From the sequence record DRR378314_1550: a DNA stretch of 64,000 nt. One strand, given 5' to 3'. The notes under the pieces were generated by a model, which made no database searches, was not told the DNA's origin, and was given only the letters and a program-made list of their open reading frames with translations. Shown here piece after piece: positions 1-8,375 of this stretch (the first letter of the stretch is position 1; every line of letters starts with the position of its first letter). The translations under genes and the position numbers were made by a program.

Positions 1-30
1 TCCCCAGTTCAAATCTGGGAGGGGCCACCA
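1..30 (+). tRNA. 3' part of a tRNA (T-arm, acceptor 3' strand, CCA), probably tRNA-Ile2/Met(CAT); truncated by the window edge
   Basis: CCCAG-TTCAAAT-CTGGG T-arm followed by AGGGGCC-A-CCA. The AGGGGCCACCA end matches gammaproteobacterial ileX-type tRNAs. The anticodon lies outside the window, so an att duplicate cannot be excluded. Confidence 0.8.
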
Positions 31-102
31 TTTTTACTTTTTCGTACATCTAAGCCAGCTGCGGATCTTTAGCATTTCGAAAGTTGTCTATTGCTTGGTA
101 GA

Positions 103-1245
103 TCAAAGCATTTCCGGGTCGTACAGGCAGACGCGATTTCGGCCTTCTTTCTTAGCGTTGTATAGAGCCTTGTCAGCACGACCAATAGCGGCTTCAAAGT
201 CATTCTCTTCGAATTGTGTGTCAGAAACACCTAAGCTGATCGTGACTCTTAGAGAATCTTTATCCAGGATGAATGGTTCATCTTCAATTAACTTCCTCAG
301 GCGCTCGGCAATTACAAGGGCCTGCTGAAGCTCTGTATCGGGAAGAAGTAACAAAAACTCTTCTCCGCCCCAACGCATAGCGATATCGTTATTGCGTGTA
401 ATTCGACCAAGACGCATACCTACTTCCTTAAGAACAATGTCACCGACTTCATGGCCTAACTCGTCATTGATACGCTTAAAAAAGTCTAGGTCGCCAATAA
501 TAACGCAGGAGCCTTGAGTTGAGATTTTACTACCTTTAACTTGATTTATACCGGGGCGATTTGCAAGCCCGGTTAAAGGATCTGTCGCAACCAATTGCTT
601 CAATTTTAAATTAGCGCGCTCGCTCGACATGGCGATATAGCCGACGTAGACCAGTATCGCCATCACCTGGTCCATTAACATAGCCTCTCGTCCACTGGTA
701 AGCATTTCCGGTGCGACCATGCCAAACATAAGCCCAAGAGCCGGAATAAGTAGCACAAGGCAATAACAAGAAAAAGCGACCGCAACAACATATTGAGAGA
801 GTAGACGTTCGCGTGGAGGCTTAAAGATTTCATAAGTTGTTAAAGCAGCCATTAGTGCTGAAAACAGATAAATAAAAGCCAGCATGAGACGAAGAGGCGC
901 GCCAAGAATAATACCCACCATAAAGAATAGACTGGGCAGGAGTGTTAGTAGCAACAAAGTCATATAGTTAACGTGACGACGGTGGAATAAACGTATACCG
1001 CTCCACGAAAACACCAGGCTTCCAAGAAATAATATATAAATAGCACCACGAATCGGCACCGGTATTTCTGTTTGGGCGCCCCAAAGAAACATCATTGATG
1101 ATCCTAATGTCGAGCCCACCAGAGCGACTATCCAGTGCCACAGGTGTCGCGCTTTCGGTTGGCTCAGAACAGTGGCCATAAATATCACCAAAAATGCCGC
1201 CCGACTGACAGTACTAGTGATATACAAGGTGTTATCATCAATCAT
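103..1245 (-). CDS. Membrane-bound diguanylate cyclase (multi-TM N-terminus + GGDEF)
   Basis: Several hydrophobic helices, then DPLTGLANR, DLDFFK, RxxD I-site (RNND) and RWGGEEF. Confidence 0.92.
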   Translation of the reverse strand: MIDDNTLYITSTVSRAAFLVIFMATVLSQPKARHLWHWIVALVGSTLGSSMMFLWGAQTEIPVPIRGAIYILFLGSLVFSWSGIRLFHRRHVNYMTLLLLTLLPSLFFMVGIILGAPLRLMLAFIYLFSALMAALTTYEIFKPPRERLLSQYVVAVAFSCYCLVLLIPALGLMFGMVAPEMLTSGREAMLMDQVMAILVYVGYIAMSSERANLKLKQLVATDPLTGLANRPGINQVKGSKISTQGSCVIIGDLDFFKRINDELGHEVGDIVLKEVGMRLGRITRNNDIAMRWGGEEFLLLLPDTELQQALVIAERLRKLIEDEPFILDKDSLRVTISLGVSDTQFEENDFEAAIGRADKALYNAKKEGRNRVCLYDPEML

Positions 1246-1353
1246 TGAAAAGGCTCCTCATAAACACTATTGATAATATCTTGCAGCGACTGCTCGGCAA
1301 TGCTCGGTAGGTACCTAACAAATGAGGTGAGCTGAGATTGTGGTCGCTTGTAT

Positions 1354-2025
1354 CTAAAATCGATATGCTGCTCCAATGCCAAATACTAAGGCGTTTAGTT
1401 TGATTTCTGTGTCAAAAACATCGCCTTTGGCACTATAAGTGGGTATGAGTAGATAGCGTAGACTAGCACTGGCAAACCAGTTGCCATCGAGTTGGTAGTC
1501 GACACCCGTATTTAGAGTCAAGCTGGTGATATCTTCGACGTCGAAATCTGGAATGTTGTTCGCGGGTTTTACTGAGCGCGTTCTGCTGTGAATAACGCCA
1601 ATGCCTAAATAAGGTTTGAGGTTAGGTGTGGGGTAAAAATGGTGCTGCAATGTCAGCCCAAAAGAAAGTGTCTCAACTGAACCAATATCGAAATCGCCCT
1701 GAGCGGAGCCAACAATCCGGTAATCGGTCTTAGAAATTCCCCCTTGAGACTCCACAGCCCAGTGTTTGGTAGCAAAGTAACTGAAATCTAACCCAGGCTC
1801 TGTTGCTGATGGTATATCAATGTCACCGCCAATACCTTCTACATTTGATCGGATACGAGTATGTTGAATATTAAGAGCCATCAAACGCACTAACCACTTT
1901 CCTTCCATTTCTTGCTCGTACATATCATTGGACATGGCTGTTTGTGAAACCATCAAAAATAAAGCAGAGATGGACAGTCCGCGAGTGGCGGAGGTTACTC
2001 GTTTATTTTTCAACTGTAGAGGCAT
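1354..2025 (-). CDS. OmpW-family outer-membrane beta-barrel
   Basis: Signal peptide, G-x-W-LVR start, LQHHF...LKPYLGIG, C-terminal AYRF. Confidence 0.85.
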   Translation of the reverse strand: MPLQLKNKRVTSATRGLSISALFLMVSQTAMSNDMYEQEMEGKWLVRLMALNIQHTRIRSNVEGIGGDIDIPSATEPGLDFSYFATKHWAVESQGGISKTDYRIVGSAQGDFDIGSVETLSFGLTLQHHFYPTPNLKPYLGIGVIHSRTRSVKPANNIPDFDVEDITSLTLNTGVDYQLDGNWFASASLRYLLIPTYSAKGDVFDTEIKLNALVFGIGAAYRF

Positions 2026-2284
2026 AGAGTTTCCTTATGGAAGAGTTCAGTAATTTTGATACTGATAGGATTATTTCTAAACGACAAAGGTATAAAGTAC
2101 AAGAAGAATTATTGCGATGTACGACTTTCTTTAGTAGGTGTTATTTGGGTTTCTTTTTCGTGTCGATACCGTGTAGCAGCTAAGACAATAATAATTATAT
2201 TGTGTTGATTTTTTGAGCGACAAAAGACAATCTAAGAAAGGAGAGCTAAATTGGACGATTCTCGTTATTCTAAGGAAGATGGAT

Positions 2285-2884
2285 ATGATAAATATGTATA
2301 GAACCCTTTTCGCAGTGGGCTTTCTGGTTTTTGGTAACCTCACTCTTCAAGCTGATGAAATGTCGTTTGGTGAAAAGTTAATTCAGATGGAAGCTGCCGA
2401 TCAAAAAGCTAGAAAATCGCTTTTCTCTGATGATGTAGATAAAAGCCAGTTAAAGCTACAGATTGTAGAGGACGACAAGAAGCGTATTAATTACATCAAA
2501 AAGGAAATAAGCCAGAGCGGTTGGTCCTTAGTTCGAACTCTGTCGGAAGATGAAGTTGATGCACTCTTTTTGTTAATAACCCATGCCTCTTTTGACGTTG
2601 AATTCCAGAAAGACGCTTTAGTTAAACTAAAGGGGAACTTACCTGATTCGCCTAATTTAGGCCAAAAATATGCTTTATTGACCGATAAAATACTGGTAGC
2701 ACAGGGTCAAAAGCAAGTGTATGGGACTCAATATGATGTTGTTAATAATCAAATAGTTATTAAACCAGTTAGGAATAGAGCAAAGCTCGATGAGTTAAGG
2801 GCTGAAAGCAGGATGCCGCCAATAGAGTTTTACAAAAAACTATTGGAAGAGATGAACGGTATAAAAGATCACGGCTTATTATGA
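2285..2884 (+). CDS. Exported DUF6624-like protein
   Basis: Signal peptide; DQxxR, LITHA, YALLTDKILV...QVYGTQ, RAESRMPP motifs. Start moved from 2213 to the ATG after AAGGAAG; 2279 and 2294 are also possible. Confidence 0.7.
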   Translation: MINMYRTLFAVGFLVFGNLTLQADEMSFGEKLIQMEAADQKARKSLFSDDVDKSQLKLQIVEDDKKRINYIKKEISQSGWSLVRTLSEDEVDALFLLITHASFDVEFQKDALVKLKGNLPDSPNLGQKYALLTDKILVAQGQKQVYGTQYDVVNNQIVIKPVRNRAKLDELRAESRMPPIEFYKKLLEEMNGIKDHGLL

Positions 2885-2976
2885 GGCTGATAAGTTGCTT
2901 TCAAACATTCTAATTAGGTGTCCAACTAATAAAACCCAGCCACCTAATCAGAAGCACTGTCATGCTAAAACGCATC

Positions 2977-3903
2977 TCACCCCATCCGCGCAAAACGCTG
3001 CTGTCGCCAATGAGTTAGTCGTGGCAGCAGCAATCCGGAGATGACAATAGCCATACCCAGTAGCTGTAAACTGGTCACGTTCTGGCCAAAAGTTACGGCG
3101 GTAAGTGCGGCGAAAATGGGTACGAAGTTAAAAAACAAAGAGGCGTTTGCGGCACCAAGTTGTCTGACGCCGGAAATCCACAAAAGGTAGCCACCCACGG
3201 TGCCAAAAACACCAATGAAGAGTAAGTCGGCTAATACAATCTGGCTTATTGCCAGGCTTTCCTGAACAGGGTGGGCTTCTGCGCTAAACGCCGCTACTAC
3301 AGAAATAACGCCAAGGCCGGCTAACATGCCAATAAAGGTATAGGGGATCATAGGCATCCAGCGGCTAATACCTTGCGTTAAATAGGTGTAGAGGCTCCAG
3401 CACAACATACCTAAAAAGATGATCTGGTCGCCGTGGTTAAATTCGAAACTGAGTAAGCGTTGCAGTTCGCCGTTGGTCAGCACAAGCAGCACGCCCGACA
3501 AGCACACGACCAGACTAAACACGGCACCGCGGGTCAGCAGCTTACGCTGTAATAAAGAACCAATTAGCGATGTGGTTAACGGGCTTAGTGCCATAATCAA
3601 AGCGCCATTGCTGGCGTTAGTTTGCGCTAAACCTGTAAACAGACCAAGGTTTAACCCTCCTACACCAACAATGGAAACACCAACTACCCACAGCCATTGT
3701 TTAGCTCTTAACTCGGGTATGGGTATGCGCTTCCACTTTATAAAGGCAAACAGACAAGCGGCGGCTATAGCAAAACGCCAAATAACTAACGTCAGGGCGT
3801 GAACTTCTCCCAGAGCGTGTTTGCCTACGGGAAAGGAAGCTCCCCAGAAAAAAGCGCATAAGAGTAATAGCAAAACAGCGTTTGTATTGGCTGAGCGGTT
3901 CAT
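2977..3903 (-). CDS. DMT/EamA family transporter
   Basis: About 10 TM helices in two EamA repeats (FWGASF, WRF, ASLFFNFVP). Confidence 0.9.
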   Translation of the reverse strand: MNRSANTNAVLLLLLCAFFWGASFPVGKHALGEVHALTLVIWRFAIAAACLFAFIKWKRIPIPELRAKQWLWVVGVSIVGVGGLNLGLFTGLAQTNASNGALIMALSPLTTSLIGSLLQRKLLTRGAVFSLVVCLSGVLLVLTNGELQRLLSFEFNHGDQIIFLGMLCWSLYTYLTQGISRWMPMIPYTFIGMLAGLGVISVVAAFSAEAHPVQESLAISQIVLADLLFIGVFGTVGGYLLWISGVRQLGAANASLFFNFVPIFAALTAVTFGQNVTSLQLLGMAIVISGLLLPRLTHWRQQRFARMG

Positions 3904-3984
3904 AGGTATCTCCGCAGGAAGAAACTTGAGAAAACATGGCTGACAGTGTATAGATTCTATTTACGGTATAAATAAGAGAAAATG

Positions 3985-3998
3985 GGAATTAAAATTCC
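3985..3998. promoter_or_regulatory. Palindrome GGAATT-AA-AATTCC, candidate LysR operator between the divergent genes
   Basis: 6-bp inverted repeat just upstream of the LysR ATG at 4003. Confidence 0.45.
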
Positions 3999-4002
3999 AA
4001 AT

Positions 4003-4908
4003 ATGAAACCTAATTACTCACTGGATGACATGCGCTGCTTCTGCATGGTGGCGCACTATGGCAGTTTTAAACAAGCGGCGGTTGCCTTACAAATGCCGCT
4101 TTCCACACTCAGCCGCAGAATTGCCAAGCTGGAACAAGACTTAGCGTTGCGGCTTTTTAATCGCGACGCTCACCGTGTGCAACTAAACTTTGCGGGGCAA
4201 CGCTATTACCGCAGAAGTGCGCCCATTTTCGACGAACTGGATAATGTGGCTGCATGCCTGCAGCAGGACAGAAACGAGGCCAAGGGTACGATAAGAATTT
4301 CTGCCCCAATTAATTTCAGCGTTCAGGTACTGGTTCATCATTTTAATGCGTTTATGAGGCAGTATCCGGACATTGAGCTCGACTTAAAGCTATCAAACCA
4401 AACTATCGACATTGATGAAGAAGCCATGGACCTGGCTTTTCGCATTGGTCATCACAGCGCAACTCACTGGATTGGCCGACAGTTAACCAATATTCGTTTT
4501 GCTATTTGCGGTCCGGCAAATTTGGATGTATCCCACATAAAGGCTCCCGCCGACTTAGCCGGGTTACCCACGGTGCTGTGTTCGCCTATGCTGACCTGGA
4601 GTCTGCAGCATATTCACTCGGGTGAAAAGCAGGCTTATACGGCTACCGACAACATACGCTTAAAAGTGGATGACATGAGCTTACTGACTGAAGTGATAGC
4701 CGGTGGCATAGGCGTTGGCTTTATTCCCGACTACCACGCACAACCTTTGCTCGAGTCGGGCAAAATTCAACACATTTTACCGGACTGGAGCAACCAGGCT
4801 CGCGGGTGCGAAATGCTTTACAGAGACCGGGAGAATATTCCTTATAGGGTGCGGCTATTTATTGACTTTATGCTTCAGCGTTTCCAGGGTAATGATGGAG
4901 TGATGTAA
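4003..4908 (+). CDS. LysR-family transcriptional regulator
   Basis: GSFKQAA...STLSRRIAKLEQDL HTH plus substrate-binding domain; divergent from the DMT gene; start 3982 or 4003. Confidence 0.92.
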   Translation: MKPNYSLDDMRCFCMVAHYGSFKQAAVALQMPLSTLSRRIAKLEQDLALRLFNRDAHRVQLNFAGQRYYRRSAPIFDELDNVAACLQQDRNEAKGTIRISAPINFSVQVLVHHFNAFMRQYPDIELDLKLSNQTIDIDEEAMDLAFRIGHHSATHWIGRQLTNIRFAICGPANLDVSHIKAPADLAGLPTVLCSPMLTWSLQHIHSGEKQAYTATDNIRLKVDDMSLLTEVIAGGIGVGFIPDYHAQPLLESGKIQHILPDWSNQARGCEMLYRDRENIPYRVRLFIDFMLQRFQGNDGVM

Positions 4909-5035
4909 ATAGCAGCAAACGAACGGCTTCCTCACAGAAATTTTACATTTACAGTTTATTTACATTCAGGAATATAATAACCTTAACTTAACGTTATCTG
5001 AGTACTGCCCTCAAGTCATTTTATAGGTTCCTACC

Positions 5036-5575
5036 GTGGATAAAATCAGTTCATCACTCATCAACTTCTTTGCCTATGCGCCTGTGTGTTTTCTGGCGGT
5101 GTTGTGCTTGGGCTGTGGTGTGGCTGAAGCTCAGGAAAAAAGTTATTCAGATTGTGCCTACATAGAGTTCGACGACGTCGACCCCAGTACTCTCACTCTG
5201 CAAGAACGCATTGCGCTTGAAGAGGCCGCGCTGTTTGCCTCTTTAGATGACTCTGCCGAGTGTATGGAAGAGGCCACTGCGTCGGCTTCCGGCAGCCTTG
5301 CTGATGCTGCCAGCGGCAGCGGTTCTGGTGCTGCAGGTGGAGCTTCGGGCTCTGATGGCAGCTCGGGAAATAGCGGCGCAAACTCGAGTGAGCAGCAACA
5401 GCAATCTACATCTACGGCATCGGAAAGTTCGGTGGATACAAAAGATCATAAGCGTGGCAACAGCGGTGGCGGCAGTTCTGCCGTATGCGACGCAGTGAAA
5501 GAAGGCATGGCTTCGGCAACAACCGAAGCTGAAAAGGAACATTTTAAAGGCTTAATGGCCGAGTACGGATGTTAA
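5036..5575 (+). CDS. Secreted hypothetical protein with Gly/Ser-rich linker and Cys residues; first gene of the motor-like operon
   Basis: GTG start, signal-like N-terminus ending AEA, low-complexity middle, C-terminal helix ending YGC; 19 bp to the next gene. Confidence 0.7.
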   Translation: MDKISSSLINFFAYAPVCFLAVLCLGCGVAEAQEKSYSDCAYIEFDDVDPSTLTLQERIALEEAALFASLDDSAECMEEATASASGSLADAASGSGSGAAGGASGSDGSSGNSGANSSEQQQQSTSTASESSVDTKDHKRGNSGGGSSAVCDAVKEGMASATTEAEKEHFKGLMAEYGC

Positions 5576-5594
5576 TAATTAACGGAAGAAGAAC

Positions 5595-6878
5595 ATGAAT
5601 ACACTAGCTCAACTAAAAAAACTAAAACGATTTTCAGTCGTTATGACGCTTTCAGCAATGTTTACACTAGCAGGCTGTCAGTCAACCCAAACCAATGTTA
5701 CCAGCGTTGGGCCGAGCATGAATGGTCCGTCAGACTCTAAAGCCTTGGGTAAAAAAGAACGTAGCTACAGTTACAACTCTAATGTTTATCTTAATGTGGC
5801 TATTCCGGTGTTTGACCCGGGGTTGCCGAAAGACAGTTCCGGCAATATTGATGATGAAGCCATAGTTGAAGAAGACATTTGGCCACAGGTGCGTCGTTTA
5901 GAAGCGAACCGTTTTGCGGTAAATACCCGCGAAGCACTTTCTGATACTAAAGCCTTTGGTGCAGTGAATGTGACTCCCGATGCTAACGTCAGTGCTGATG
6001 TCTACGTATTGGGAAAAATTAATTACTCAGACACCGAAACCGTTGAAATTGGTGTTCGTGTTATGGACGCCAGCAACCAAATTTGGGGCGAGGAAGAGTT
6101 TGAGTATCAGGTAGGCGCAGGCTTTTACCGTGACGCGTTAAGAAAAGGTGAAAACCCATACGGTCCAATTTTTGAAAGCATTGCGGGTTATGTTTATGAC
6201 TTGCTAATTAAAAAATCTGAAGAAGAGAAGAAAACCATTCAGGCGGTTTCAGATATGCGCTATGCCGCAATGTACAGTCCTGAAGCCTTTGGTGGTTATC
6301 TGGGTGAGTCCAGTAGTATCTTTTCGAGCCGTTCAACTATTACGCTGAACGGCGCGCCGGCTGAATCGGACCCTATGTATCAGCGGGTTAATGTGATTAA
6401 AGCGAAAGACCAGCAGTTTGTTGACTCATTGCAGGACAGTTACGACACCTTCTATGCAACGACCCATGATGCATACCGTACTTATCAGGAAGAGACTCTG
6501 CCGGTTGCTATTGATATTCGACAGAAGAAAGCAGAGAGAACCCGCGCGCAGGTTGGTGCTGGTATTTTAGCTACGGCCGCTATTTTGCTGGGTAAAAATT
6601 CAGGCTCTACCGCTGGCCAGGTGGCTAGTGCGGCGGCAGGTTTAGGTGCGGTTTACAGCTTAAGCGAAGCAATAAAAACCAACCGTGAATTAGGCACTCA
6701 ACGTGCGCTGCTTGATGAAATGGGACAAAACCTGGACATAAAAGTAACTCCGCAGGTGGTAGAACTTAATGACCAGAACATTGAATTAACCGGTACCGCT
6801 GGTGAGCAATATGCGCAATTACGTGAAAAGCTGAAAGAGATTTATGATCTCGAATCAACGCCGTTAACTCAGCTTTAA
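5595..6878 (+). CDS. Lipoprotein of unknown function with a C-terminal Gly/Ala-rich hydrophobic hairpin
   Basis: Lipobox LAGC; GAGILATAAILLG...AAAGLGAVYSL segment. Confidence 0.8.
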   Translation: MNTLAQLKKLKRFSVVMTLSAMFTLAGCQSTQTNVTSVGPSMNGPSDSKALGKKERSYSYNSNVYLNVAIPVFDPGLPKDSSGNIDDEAIVEEDIWPQVRRLEANRFAVNTREALSDTKAFGAVNVTPDANVSADVYVLGKINYSDTETVEIGVRVMDASNQIWGEEEFEYQVGAGFYRDALRKGENPYGPIFESIAGYVYDLLIKKSEEEKKTIQAVSDMRYAAMYSPEAFGGYLGESSSIFSSRSTITLNGAPAESDPMYQRVNVIKAKDQQFVDSLQDSYDTFYATTHDAYRTYQEETLPVAIDIRQKKAERTRAQVGAGILATAAILLGKNSGSTAGQVASAAAGLGAVYSLSEAIKTNRELGTQRALLDEMGQNLDIKVTPQVVELNDQNIELTGTAGEQYAQLREKLKEIYDLESTPLTQL

Positions 6879-6899
6879 TTCACCTAAGGAAAGGTAACG

Positions 6900-8333
6900 A
6901 TGTCGTCTGTTGATCAGCAAATAGCAGAAAACCGTGCTAAAAAGAAAAAAGTCATAGTAACCGGTGTAATTGCCTCTGTTTTTGCCTGTTTGCTGATTGG
7001 CGTTGTCGTTACTTTGCTCGCTTATTTTCCGGTTTCGGGTAACACGCCGGTAGCCGCGGAAAAACAAGAGAAAAGCGAGCCGCAGATAAGTTCCGCTAAC
7101 CAGGCAATAGACAGAAAAGCGCTGCAAACGGCCTTAAATGACACCAATCAGCGCGTTTCTGAGCTTGTTGCTACCCCGTATATATCGACGTGGCAGCCCG
7201 CCAAAGTTGAAGATTTTCAGGCCGACATAGAGCAGGCTTTTAATGACTATGGCGGCAGTAATTACAGCCAGGCGCAAACTACTGTCGAGCAACTCAATAC
7301 GGATATTACAAGCTACCAAAGCGGGTTTGAAAAGGCTTATAAACAATTTTATGCAGACGCAGTAAAAGCCTTTGCTGCCGACGACATTGATGATGCCGCT
7401 CAGTTGAATGCTCAGGCGTTAAAGGTAAAAGGCGATTTTAGCGACGCGCTGGCGTTGCAGAAACGTATAGATACCTACCATGAAGTCGCTGATTTGTATG
7501 AACAGGCCAGAGTAGGCGGTGTAGAAGGCAATATAGAGAAGCAGCGTGCTGCTTATCAACAAATTCTAAAGCTTGATCCGCAACAGCAGGATGCCAAGGC
7601 AGCCTTAGCGAAAGTGGAACAGCAGATTAAACAACAACGTTTTGCCGGTGCTTTGGCAACGGCGGTGAATGCCATTGATAAAAAAGACTTTGATCGCGCC
7701 CAGGAGGCATTAACCAAAGCTTCGGCTATAGACAACAACCGGCCGGAACTGGCAACCCTGCAGGCGCAAATTGACGCTGAGTTAAAAAGTCAGGGTGTGA
7801 AGTCGTTAGAAAAACGCATTCAGGTCTTTGCCGGTGCCGACGAATGGCAGACGGTACAGATGCTGGCAGAAAAGGGTTTGGTCGATTATCCGGACAGCCG
7901 GGTTGTGCAGCAGGCTAAACAAAGCGCGGAAGAAATATTAGCCGCCAGCAGTGCGCTGGATGTTTATATTGAAAGACCGGGCCGGCTTGCTGACAACAAC
8001 ATTCGCCAAAATGCCGTGAATGCGGTGTCCAAATACAGTGGGCTCACGCAACTTAGCGCAAAGCTGGGTGAAAAAATAAGCCAGGTTGAGCTGCTCATTG
8101 AAAAGGAAAATCAGCCTATAGATGTGACCATTCGCTCCGACAACCGAACCTATATAAAAGTATTGGGCGTTGGTGTTGTGGGTGAGGTAAGAGAGAAAAC
8201 CATCCAGTTAAAGCCGGGTAAATATCAATTAGAAGGCCGCTGCGAAGGCTACCGCTCAACCATTGTCGATGTTGTGGTGGAGAAGTCGGGCACGCCAATT
8301 GTTATTAACGTTCAGTGTAACGAACGCGTTTAG
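6900..8333 (+). CDS. Bitopic protein: N-terminal TM anchor, TPR-like helical body, C-terminal PEGA-like beta domain
   Basis: RAKKKK + TM; Ala-rich helices (YQQILKLDPQQQDAKAAL); LKPGKYQLEGRCEGY with a Cys pair. Confidence 0.7.
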   Translation: MSSVDQQIAENRAKKKKVIVTGVIASVFACLLIGVVVTLLAYFPVSGNTPVAAEKQEKSEPQISSANQAIDRKALQTALNDTNQRVSELVATPYISTWQPAKVEDFQADIEQAFNDYGGSNYSQAQTTVEQLNTDITSYQSGFEKAYKQFYADAVKAFAADDIDDAAQLNAQALKVKGDFSDALALQKRIDTYHEVADLYEQARVGGVEGNIEKQRAAYQQILKLDPQQQDAKAALAKVEQQIKQQRFAGALATAVNAIDKKDFDRAQEALTKASAIDNNRPELATLQAQIDAELKSQGVKSLEKRIQVFAGADEWQTVQMLAEKGLVDYPDSRVVQQAKQSAEEILAASSALDVYIERPGRLADNNIRQNAVNAVSKYSGLTQLSAKLGEKISQVELLIEKENQPIDVTIRSDNRTYIKVLGVGVVGEVREKTIQLKPGKYQLEGRCEGYRSTIVDVVVEKSGTPIVINVQCNERV

Positions 8334-8375
8334 CATAATTTAGCGTAGAATAATAAAAAAAACAGGAGAGACTTC

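Noticed and set aside
2913-2948. IS3-like terminal remnant (GTGTCCAA... inside an 8-bp inverted repeat)
   Set aside because: Too short, with no transposase fragment. It could simply be a hairpin between convergent genes.
5280-5480. GGC/AGC-rich repetitive DNA
   Set aside because: Explained by the Gly/Ser low-complexity coding region.
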